From positions 13,251,950 to 13,313,949 of the forward strand of contig MU054323.1 of the NCBI GenBank assembly GCA_013239625.1: 62,000 bases of DNA, written 5' to 3'. Below are positions 1-12,500 of the stretch, piece after piece. The DNA is from Lama guanicoe. Its lineage: Eukaryota. Position 1 is the stretch's first letter. Each line of letters opens with the position of its first letter. Below the pieces are notes generated by a model. It worked only from the letters and a program-made list of their open reading frames with translations. It did not search any database and was not told the DNA's origin. The position numbers and the translations under genes are program-made.

Positions 1-477
1 CTTGGTGTGGCAGAAGGACAGAGACCTCTTGTAGATGGGATCTGTGCCACGTTCTCAAGGTCTCTGTCCTCACCTCTCCCTTACAGCTCTGTTCCCTGAG
101 GGTCCACAGCAGAGAGTTCAACAGACAGCTGAAACTCAAAGAGTTTAACTTCTCTCTTAAGTTTTGAGGTTCTTAATAAGGAAAAAAAATGACTTTGAAA
201 AGTTCAGTTTTATGCAGTGCTCTGAACAGTGACAGGTTTTCTGAAAATGCTCAGAATGCCCAGGAGCTCTTGGAAATATGCTTGTTCATTTTAGTGTCCT
301 ATTGATTATGTCCTGGTGTTTTGTTCCAAGGTTTCAGAGCCACTCCACATCCCCGTCCCAGCTCTGTGACCATAGCAAAGGAACTCTTTTATAATGTGAC
401 GGTGAAGCACAGCAGTGCTCTGGAGCTGGGCATCCTGCATTCAATTAACCTTCGTATTTCACACCTCATCATTGCAG

Positions 478-580
478 TGTGGCAAGGCGCTCCCTGGCCT
501 TTCAAAGCAAGAGGACTGCTGTGGAACCGTGGGCACCTCCTGGGGCTTCCACAAATGCCAGAAATGCCCCAAGAAGCCGA
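478..580 (+). CDS. LTBP1: LTBP1 exon (103 nt, phase 0-1), hybrid domain: [34 protein letters not shown]
   Basis: Acceptor attgcag|TGT; donor CCGA|gtaagt. Confidence 0.95.
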
Positions 581-3500
581 GTAAGTGTTGTTCCATCATT
601 CCTTTGCAGGTTACTGTTGCGCATCTGTTTCCTTATGGTGACTTTTAATGGTGAAACAACATTAGACTTTCAAAGAAATCACTCAGAATTGTAGAATATA
701 GTGTGATAATTTGCATTTCCAGAAACCTTGCAAGTCTGAGAAAGCTTTCATATTGATTCTGTTTTTTAATAGACATAGCTATCAGTTGCCTTGTCCAGTT
801 GGATGACTTATTTTTGAAAAAGTCTTTTCAGAGGCAGTGTGTTAAAATAGGCTGTATTTCCTCAGGGGAAAGAAAAATAAGATCTCTTCTAAAGTGATAA
901 TTAAATGCTTCAAACCCTGGAACAAGTCAGTGCCATTATTTCTTATGTTACATTACTTAAATTAAGTTTTTATTAATGTCCACCACTTCTCTTGTAGGTT
1001 TTTAGACTTCACTGAAAGAAAAGCTAAAATGGAGAAATGAATGATTGCTGATGTGTGAAAGAGAAATTTTTAATCACCAGGACAGTGCTTTCCCCTTTTC
1101 CTCTTACTCGCTACTGTTCAATTATCCCACTTTTCATGACATGAAACTCTGTCGACACCCATATGCATTGATTAGTCTATAAAATCTGCTTTTGAGAACC
1201 TGTTGATGTGAAGAAGCCTAGATTTACATCTTTCTATGACTTTCCCCCAAATTTCTGAATATAGTGTGAACGCTGGATAACTGATTCCTAATATTTTTTT
1301 GAAATACAGAAGTAATTTGTTTTATGTTGACTTTTTTTCCTCTTATACATCACATTTTTCCTAAGAAAGCAAGTAATAGTTTTTTCTATCACCTTTTGCT
1401 TTATTTAATTGAAGATTTTTATAGCTGTTTTTTATAGTTTGTGCTGCAAGGAATTTCTCATTTGCTTCAGTTGGATATTTTTTATTTTACCCTTCTTTAA
1501 ACTTCTATTGATTTGATTGATAGTCTCAACTGCCTTTTAAAAAATACTGTTCAACCTAGAATCTGCCATCTTGGAATCACCACTCCCATAAGTCTGTCTC
1601 ATATACTATTCTTCCATCATCATCATAATTTGTGTTAAATAAGTGTCTCTAATTTGGACTTCCTTGTCTCACAAACTTACATGTTCTCTAAATCTTTCAT
1701 TGTCTAAAGTTAATTTCACTTATTTTGTTAATAATTGCTCCTATCTTCTTGTGGAGAAACAGCTTTTGGAAATACCTACTAAAGTTTCTGATAATTAATG
1801 AATTCTTCATTTAGGCGGAAAAAGCCACATAAATAAGGACATTCAGTACTGAGACAGTGTCCCCAATGGACTTTGTACAAGATTCAATAGTGATTGGCAA
1901 TGTGGATTTCCCCCCCAGTGGGTTGAGTGTGATGGTCCCTCCTCACTGAAATATCCACTTGCCTAAAATTATTGTGGCTGCCTGACCAAAGGGACATCTG
2001 GGAGACATTAGATATGATTTCAAGAGCATGGAGTTTGGAGTTAGGTAGACCTGAGTTTGACTCCCAGCTCTGTCACTTGCTGTTGAGACTTACGGATCAT
2101 GAAACGAGTCTGTATCCAAAATGTTGAAAAATCATTGCCTTTTTAAAAATGTCTACCCTTCCTGTTTTGGTTAAGTTTGTCTTTAGGAATATTCTGAAGG
2201 ATATGTGTTTCCCACAGCTAAGTCTAAGGGCTTGAAGAGTCTAATTCTTACGACTTGGTTTTGAGGCTACATTTATGTTCTCTAATACTTTTTCCATTTT
2301 ATCTCTTATTTTTCTTTTCCATTTCTCCCCTTCTCTGTGTATCTTTTGCTTATTTGCTGCTTCTCTTTCCTCTTATTTCCAAATCCCAAAGTTGCAAACA
2401 GGGACAGAAATCAGGAGTAAAGGGAACCATAAATGTTAACGTTTTTTGTTTTGTTTTTGTTTTTTAATCTCTAACTTTTACTCTTGACCTTTTGTCATTT
2501 TTATCTAGAATTATATCATTTGGGGATAAATTCACTGTTTTATGTGGTTCTGTTAGCTCTGTGTTTTAATGTTGGTAATTTCAACTCAAACGTGAAAGTA
2601 CAAAGTTGCTATCCCTTTTACTAGACGTTGGTGAAAATATATTCATATGTTGGTTCATTTAATGTGTAAAATTGAAGAGATTAATTCTAATGAAGTGAAC
2701 TATTAACATCTTGACATTTACTGCATTTGTGCCATCCTATGACACACACTCAGGGTCACATACTTCCTGTGTCATTTAAAAAACTTTCCTTTCCTTGGTT
2801 GGTACTACTGTCTAAATCAGACTCATTTTGGAAGAAAGCAGACTTTCCTTGGCTTTATAAGCTGGAGTTTTGTGTTCCTTGCCTTTTTTTTTTTTTAACT
2901 CAAAGTAGTTCAAACTTTCGTTTTCAAGTGGCTTTTATTTAATGTTTGAAGTTTTTGTTTAGCCGTATACAGAAAGGCCTTTCATTGTTGATCAGTTCTT
3001 ACTGTGAAAACTTAATTTTAAATCTGCAGATGATTTCATTAAATAGTCTGTAATCTGTTAAAAATGTACTTAGTGTGAACAAGTCGCTTGTCCTTTAAAA
3101 GTTTTTAGAAAGAATTAACATCAAATCCTAAATGGAGGAACTTTAAGAGATCATCTGGTCTGGCTTCCTGACTTGGAGTAGATGACTGTTAATTTTTAAA
3201 CAAGATATGATCTCTCTTTGCCTTTGAACATTTCAGACAGAGATCCCACAATCTCTGTAGGTCACCTGCTACATACAGAGTGTCCTTGTTACATGGGACA
3301 AGACTACTCATGTGGCCAAGGGCTGCATGGGCGACTCCCCATGTACCAACCTCTCTTTCTTTAACCCACCATTCCCAGACCCCTCACTTTAGCCATTTTC
3401 CCACAAGGGAAGTATGGCAGAGAAGGAAGTAAATGAGGAGAGGAACGCCACTGGTAAACACCCTGTTGATGAGCAGAGAGAATAAAAAACATGTGTTAGG

Positions 3501-6500
3501 GGCAAGATAATTGTATTTTCCAAAAGAAAATTTCCTTGTTACTTGCAACTTTCTTTTTTTACTTCTTGTTCAGGTCTTTTCCGTGGTCTAACCCTCCCTC
3601 CTGTTTTCATTACCGTCCATCTTCTGTTACTCATTATCTTAATAAAAGAACACCTTACTTCAGGAAACAGTGATGTATGTCACTTAGTGAGTGCTTGTGT
3701 TTGTCAAACACTACAGTAGGCATTTTGCCTAAATGATCTTGACGCTGCACAGCAACCCTGAGCTGTGCGGTAGATCGGAGCATTCTCAAGGTGCAGGATT
3801 CCATTTGAAACCTTGTTTCTCAAGGTTGCAGAGCTATTGATAGGCAGAGTCAAGATGTGGTCAACTTGGTCCCAGGACTTACGCCAAGAAGTCTATCAGG
3901 TGTCACTTTAGGAAGTCAAAATTTGACTAGGACTTTTGATCCTACAAAAATTTTTTTAAATGATAAATTGGTGACCGCATCATTTGTATTGTGGGTGAGT
4001 TTTCTCAGTGGTGAACCGTACAGCTGATCACAGCAGCCCTTACATCTCCCAGCTTCCGCTCATCACCTTCTGTTCTTTCCAGCCTTATGGTAGGAAGAAT
4101 AATTGCTCTTAACTGGAGTATGTGAGCCTGTAATTGAGGCGAGCGTATAATTTGTTGTCTCAACTGGAACCCTTTTGGGAGTGAAATGGAGTGTTATTAA
4201 GGAACTTTGCTGGAACAACAGATTATGACCATAGATTGTCCCAGGCAGACCATGATGTATAGTCACCCTGTCTGTTAGAAGAAAATTCAGCTGCCTGTAG
4301 TTAATCATTGGAGGGGAATTGTGTTTTTTTGTGATATAAATAATCACTAATTTGAGCAAAATATAGAACAATTTTATGATTCGTTGAATTAATTAAGAGT
4401 TACAACTAATTGGGATTTTTATCTTACAAAATATGAAGCATACTGAAAAACAAGGAAAATGTAGAAGAAATTGATAGACATTGGCTTGGTATCTTAGAAA
4501 TGAGTAAGGTCACTGATGCTTTATGTGGCTTTGGTCATTGCATATAGCCATTTAGGGTTGTAGGAACTTAAACCGAGTGTGTAACAGAATTCTTTCTTCT
4601 TGACAGCTTATCACGGATATAGCCAAATGATGGAATGCCTACAAGGTTATAAGCGGGTTAACAACACCTTTTGTCAAGGTAAGCTTAACTGAATTCGTGG
4701 GTATATGAGCTCAACAGCTTTGCTTTTTAGAAAGCTGAGTTGTTTGCCCCGTTTTGCTCATTAGCCCAGCATGTGATGGTCACACAGTGAACCACCACCT
4801 GCTCACTCCTTTAGGAAATAGAAGTTTAATGTATGGTTGCTTGAATTGCTTCACCACTGTTTAACCTTTATGAAACCTGTTGCCTTCTATTGGTGATGCA
4901 ATCCATGGAAGATAGGATTACATTCTGGAGCTCCCTGTGGGCTCCATGCTAGTCACCTCAAATCCACACATGGTTGTGTGCACACATGAGCACATACATG
5001 TACCTAGAAGTACCACCTCTTTACCAGCATACGATTGGGCAGCAGAGTTCCCTTTTTTCCTCATCAGAATGTTGCTGGCTACCTTGAAATCTCAGATATT
5101 AGAATAGACACACATGTCTTAGTCAATAATGTAAAACTATGTAATTAAAGGTACCTGAGTGCTCTTGTTCAGAATATATTGAAACATACAGGAGATGATC
5201 TTCAGAGATCATCTAGTTCAGTGTCTCTTCTTTACAAATAAGAACATCCAAGCCCAGACTGGCTGAATGACTTCCCAGTGGCTAAACAGAGCTGAGGTTG
5301 TAACTCACGTTTACCAATGCCTAGCTTAGTACCCATATATGGTATCAAATTTTGTTTCAGTTACTTTGAGAGGTGTCCAATTAATGCTCCTAATTTCCCT
5401 GTACATGTCTAGGATGAAGGTGGTGGTGTTACTAACTTGGAAATATGTGTACACTGAAGTAAGCAGAGAAAGAGCCTTCAAGAGTGTTATTGAATGAAAA
5501 TCCATGTCGAGAACACAGCACATGTCCTCTGACTTGTGGTCTGAGGCTCTCTATGTATTCATAGGATAGAGTAGATTAAGGTGACATTAACAGATAGAGA
5601 TTAATCCCTATTAAAATGGCTCATGTCAAAGGAATATGTTAATTGCCTAAGAATTTTTTCAAGTAAGTTGTTTCTTCCGTACTGCATCCATGTAACTAGT
5701 ATGATTTGTAGAGCTTTTGCTGACTTAAAAGGAATCTTCTTTTAAATGCACGTGGGCATACCATTCTTTAAAAAGTTTTGCCTTCAAATCGTAGATGAGA
5801 GTGTGATGGCAAAGTTAGAATTAACTGCTCAAGGAGAGGGTGTCCAAGATGCTTTTTGAGAAATATCTGCAAACCTGTAGTAGCGCTAGGTATGGGGGAG
5901 TAGTTCTTGCAACATTATGCAAGAATCAGTAGAATTTATGATACCATTGAAAGATCATATTATGTGGATGGAAGTTTGAATTAAATGGATGGAAGAATGA
6001 ATTGATGGCTAAATGTTATATATTCTACCTTGTGAACCAAGTTGTTTCACCAATGTTGGGTAAAAATCTATACGAAAAGCTCTAACTCATTGTTAGGATG
6101 CATTAGTAGAAACAGAATGAGCAGGGCATTGGCCGTAATGACCTTGTACTGTGCCAGTCAGGCTGAATTTGGGGTTTGGGTTTTTGGTGTTTGAGTACTT
6201 GGTGTTCATTGTCTTTTGGTTGATAAGATCAGCCAGGCCTGGGAAGGGCCTGGAAACAGGAGGATGTTTAGCTTGGAGAAGTGCAGACCAAGGAGAAGTA
6301 ATAGCTGCCTTATAAACATGTCTTTAAATAAATGATCAACTGTGTGACGAAACAAGACTTTCATGAGTTGCTTCAAAAGCCAAAGTCAGTAGGATGGAGT
6401 TATAAGGAGGCATATTTATAACAACAACCAGCAAAGCTTTTCTGTGGAATACACTTGCCTGACGCTAGTGAAACACCTGAGGAAGTACTGAGCCTTCAGC

Positions 6501-9500
6501 ACTTAGAGGTGATCCAGCAGATCCTGAATAGGGATGCTCCAGGAAACTTCTAGAACTTCTGTCCTGTGCTATCCTGTTATATGACTCTGTAGGGACTTTC
6601 CTGTTCTCTGCTGCCAGTGTTTCTCTGTCATCTGGGATAGAGGTTGTGAGTGAGGAGAGAGAAATCGCTGTATGTGTGGTCTGTCACACAAGTTTTAGAT
6701 CCCAGACATGTAGTTTCCTGAAGTGTCCCTGTGATCGGGCATATCTGCTTGCTCCATTAAGCTATAGAGAGAGGCGGACCCTTACTCTTTACCATTCTAA
6801 TCCTGCATGGCTAATGTTAGATACACTCTAGAATGTCAGGTGCTCCTAATTTCTCTGAATGTCAAATGATGATGCATATACATATTTTGGGGGTAGGGTG
6901 GGATTTGGACATTTTTAATTGCCATTACAAACTGAGAAAGTAAGTAACTTTGCTAAAGTCACACAGATAATTAAGAGGGCCGGGCAGGATTGAAGTCCTA
7001 CACCTCCTCTGTCTCTGTGTGCAGCATGGCTTCCTTTACCAATTTTGTGTATGTCTGTGAAGTATTACTAATGTAGATACTAGCTCATGAGAACAGAAGA
7101 TATGCCATCTGTTGTGAGAACTAGCAGAAGTGAAAGCAATTAATTTGGTTTTATTTAATAAGAAAGGATGATTATCTAATATATTCCTTCTTCTGGCTGG
7201 TTCAAGGTTCTAACAGTCTGTATTCATAAAAACACCACCATGGAAGTGAAAAATTGCAAGTAATCATTTGCTATTTCATTTAGCAAAATAAAATGGAGAA
7301 TTCTTTAAATAATTTTTAAATAATCCTTTAAATAATTCCTCGAGTTTTTTTGCATTTTCCTTCTTCTGACATGGCTGGAATGGAGTGACCTTTGGCAAGT
7401 TTTGTTCATACTGAGCATACAAATGGTTCCGCCTCAGTCAGTTGCACTGATGCTCAGTATCTCTAAACCCTGGCTTAGGTTTGTCTCAGGAGGATATTTG
7501 CAAAACAGTGTTGTACTTTTTGGCATGGATTCTGGAGTGAAGTATCACAGAAAATTCCATTTCTTGGTGCCTCAAGAAGGCACTGCTAAATTACACTACA
7601 GAAAATATTGACTCATAAAATAATCTGATTTCATTCATCATAATCTGTTAAAATTGCTTTTGAGAAAAGGGCTTAATTTCACTCCCTTTGTCATATTACT
7701 GGCCCCTAAAACTGGATAGAACTTTCTCACATTACACGTAACCTTGGTTTTTCCTAGAGCCTTGAAGCGTTCTGATGTTATGCTGAAGTTTTTCAAAAGG
7801 AGCCCATTAACCATCTAATTACTTGTGCGTTCCACATTGTTCTTAGAGTTTAATGTCTTCTCAGTTTACAAAGCACATTTAAAATTAAAGTGATTAGTAA
7901 CTAGAATTACATTATTTCCTTCAACTAAGTGAATTAATGTCCTGAAACAACTTTCCATAATGGGTACTCGTAACAAAGAACCAACTGTGCAAAGTTAATT
8001 TGAGGAGCTTTCACATAATTGCCCTCCAAGTTGGGGTTTTTTTCCTCCCCTCCTCTCTAGCGGTGCTGCAATTATCTTTTCAAAGGAATGATTTATTACA
8101 TATACACACATGGAGCTCTAAAACCTGCCCTCACTATGCTCAACATTATGGGATTGTTGTAATTTGCTTCATTTATCATAACAAACAATACAATTAAATT
8201 TCCTGGTGGAGCTAGAGCAGTTATTTGTCATTTGATTATTATGCTAAAGGTTTGATGTAGAACTGGAATTAAATGAAGTAATGCCGCATGGAAATGATAA
8301 CAGGAACTCCTACTTTCACACGGCTTCCCTGCATTTTGAGTACTCTCACACGCTCATAACATTGCCATGGCATGAATGAGTTCTTTAAAATTAGGTGTAA
8401 ATCTGAAAAAAAATAAAAATGAAATTAGGTGTAAATCTAAGTTTTAACACTAGAATTTGGTCGTGAAAATATTTTGGGACCAATCTATTTAGTGAAATCT
8501 TTTATTAAAAGAAAGTATCAAAAATTAACCCAACATTGTAAATCGACTATACTTCAGTTTAAAAAGTGGCTTTTAAAAAGAGGCATTATCTCTTTTGATA
8601 TGGTTAAAAAAAATTTACTTCTTTCATTAGTTGATAGGTATAAAATCAACCTACTGTTTTCTATATTTTTAGCATGTGCCAAGGTGCTGTAGGCAGTGCC
8701 AAAATACATAGTTAGAAGATGTCTATGCTTTTAGAATCCAGTGTTTGTATATTCCTTTTTCATAAATAATCTTGAAATCTTTAAAAATACTGAATAATCC
8801 ACACACATTAATTGGCAGGGACTGCTGAGCTGCAGACTGAGGATATGTGTTGAATGATGAGTAAGACATTGGTCCTGCCCTTTGGATTTAGTGTAATTAA
8901 ATCAGTCCGAATCAGCAGGATGCAATTTGCTTTGTTCACTTGCCCAACTAGCTGAATTTCAGCTGACTCCAGATGAGCCCGTTAAAGCAGATATGAAAGA
9001 GCTGTCCACATAACTCTCTTTTGGCATCATTTTGTGACACTGGTTGTTTTGCCTTAATAAAATAAATTTATAGAGCAGATACACTAAGACACAGTCATGC
9101 TCAGGACCACAACTCTCACTGCCAGACTCCCTTTTGACAGAAAGCACCCCAAAGTGCATCTGAAACTGAATTTTATTTGGACCATAGAAGAGGAAATGGA
9201 GATTTTATTTTTCAGGGCCATATCTCTGTCATTAAATGAAACTCACCAATCTTGATTAATCCACATAAGGAAGCTATCGTGGGACTTTTTGGTTATGAAG
9301 AGCTTGCCTGAACTGTAGTTTCCATTTCAGACCTACTAATGATTATCCAAAAATTTCTGGTGACTGCAGTGTGGTGAGCACATGGAGAAATACTGGTCTT
9401 TGAGTACTTTGAAGGGACTAGGCAGTGCAGGTGAGACTCCAGAAAACCTGCTTGGCTGGGGGTAAGAACATGGCCTGTGGCATAGTGCTGGGTTAAAACG

Positions 9501-12500
9501 GACAGGTAGGGTGAGATGAAGTGATTCATCACTTGAAGACAAGTCTCTTATAATTAATTGCTTGAGCCATTTACAATAAACAGGCTTTGTGATTCATGCT
9601 GGGAAAACAGTGGATTTCCATTTCTTTTAACACAGAGATGTCCAAAGGCCCTTAATGACAACTTCCTGCATTTAGAAAAGAAAATGGATTTGTGGCTTAG
9701 ATAAGAATTATCATTGTAGAGTTATTTTCAAAATATAGTTAATGGAAATTGAGGGGTTTTTTTTTTCATACAGTTAATAGTGAAATGAATTTACTGACAT
9801 TTTATCAGTTTTTGCACCCAGCATTGTCTCTTGTATCCTCTGCTTGCTTTCTGGGTTCATGTTTTTTTTCATGGTGGGATTGCCAGCTAAAATGCAGTTA
9901 CATTTGAATTTCAGATAAACAGCAAATAATTGGGGACATATATTAAAGTGTTCATTAAATTTGAATTTCACAGGGGGAGGTTCTGGCTCAAGTGGTAGAG
10001 TAGTGCATGCTTAGCATACACAAGGTCCTGACTTCAGTCCCCAGTACCTCTTCTAAAAATAAATAAGTAACCCCCCCCAATTTTGAATTTCACATGAACA
10101 GGGTATCCTGTGTTTTTATTTTCTAATCTGTATTTTGAGATCTCATCTTTTAACGGTTCTTTAAATGAGGATCACTGCTAAGTATGTATCTGTCTGAAAG
10201 TATCTTTATTTGGAGCACATTCTATAATGAGACCAGTCAGGTGTACTATTCTAGGTTGACAGTTATTTTCCGACAATACTCTTGATTACGTTATACCAAT
10301 GTCTTTCTGACTTCTTTTTGATACCTCTGTAGATGACCTCTCTCTTTTGAGATCATCTCTGAGCTCTTTGTGTTTTGTAGTTTCACTGTGATACATCTGT
10401 ATTTGGGTCTGTCTTGATTTCACTCAGTGGACAGAGTGCATTGTCCATCTGAAGACTCAGGTCGTTCCTCAACTTTGAAAAATGATCAGCTATTACCTCT
10501 TCAAATATTGCTTCTTCACCATCCTCTTCAGGGGAAGCTCCTTTTAGACAAGTGTTAGAGCCTCTCTATTTGTGCTTTAATCCTCCTGTCATTTTTTGTT
10601 GCCTTACACATGAATATCTCAGTTCCATCTTCCAGTCTTCTAATTGCTGTTCTACTATGCTTACCCAGACCTGATGCCGTCTCTTACACTTTTCATTCTA
10701 AGACTGTTTTTCATTTCTAAGATTTCTAATTATTTTTTTTATAACTAACCTGTTCTTGTTTCATTTAAAAAAATTTTTTTAAGGGGGGAGTAATTAGGTT
10801 TGTATGTATGTATGTGGATATTTTTAATGAAGGTACTGGGGATTGAACCTGGAACCTTATGCATGCTAGGCACAGACTCAGCCACTGAGCCAAACCCTCC
10901 AGCCTTGTTTCACTTTTTAATGTATTCATTCATTTACCTTTTTAAGCATGATGAGATGTTTAGCCAAATTCCGGTTGCTGAGAGAGAGGTGTTTTTGCAT
11001 AGATACATTTAGTTTGTTACCCTCAGTTGCTGAACTCTTGGCTGCCTCTCTAGACTGCAGACCCAGAGGTTCAGTGGCCCACCTGCTACCATGTATTTCT
11101 ATACCAACTGAGATGTTGATCGCTTTTTTTTTTTAATCTTTTGTAATTTATAATTGCAGTATGTTTGGAACAGGGGTAAATGCCAAAGCATGATCTTACT
11201 GTGCTACTTAAAAAAAAAAAGTGTCCATATCAGGATTGAGGTTTTTTTTAATTTCAGAAATCAATATTAGAGTGTGGTATTTTATATATAATACATTATT
11301 TTTGTTTGAGGATATTGAAAAGCTTTTCAGAAAACTTCATGTTATGTAATTAACTGTTACCCACTCTTTTTATCCATTGTAATTAAGCAGCCCATCCACA
11401 TAAATTTTTTCACCATGTGCCATTCATCCTTCACTCACTTTACAGATATTTAATGACAGTTTAAGTGAGGGTACTCAGAAAAAACAGTTTGGTAACTCAG
11501 TTCCTACCCTTATGAAGATCACTGTTCTCACATCTAATTAAAACATGAAGGCAGCATGTACTGTAAGAAATGAATGAAACACTATTCAGTGTCATAGGAG
11601 AGAAAGTTCCTATTTCATCAGAAAATCACAGATGACATTTAAAGACATGTTCTTTAAAAAATCACATTCTTTCCTATTTATAAAAATAATTCACACTTAT
11701 TTAAAGTTTGGAAATGAGAGAAATGTATAAAAAACATAAATTACCAAATTGATATATTTTACTGTATTTCCTACCAGTTACATATATAGAAATTTGAGAT
11801 TATATTTGCTGGGTGAGACCCACAGGTGGAGGTGGATGAGACTGTAAAGATAGGTGTGAAAACTGTCTTTATACTTAATAGGTAACATGTATTATTAAAT
11901 AATCTTCTAAAATAATCTTCTAAAAATTAATCTAATGCTGACAGAGAATCCCAGTTAATGGATATGGGATAATTCATTTATCCATCTCCCCTCAAGTTGG
12001 ATTTTCAGGTTAGTTTCTATCTTTCCTTTATAAGTAAAACGCTGTTAGGGGGGGCACTCTTGAACATAAACCTTCATGTGACTCTGTGATTATGTTTAGA
12101 AGAGAAATGACTGGTTCCCAATTCATCCTGCAGAGTTCATTCTACTTTACGTTTCAGAGAGGATGTACTTCCCACTAGAGGTAGAGAGCCCAGGGACTGG
12201 GTCCCTCCTCTCCTTCCTTTTTCCTTTTCTTTACAAATTTGAAAACACAAAATAGTTAAATAGTATGTTGTTCCTCGTGTAGGCTCTGCATTTGAACTGA
12301 ATTTTCCACTGAGGTATTTTATATTGAATTTTATTTGGTATATGGTATTTTATATTGAATACGGCTGTGAGCAAGATGGTTATTTTTAATATTTACTGTC
12401 TTACTAGAACTAACTCTTAATGGTTTTACTTGTCTCTTCTGAGTTTGCCGTGTAGAAGTAGATTTACCTTCAAATAACTGCAGTTTGGGGAAGATGCTAA

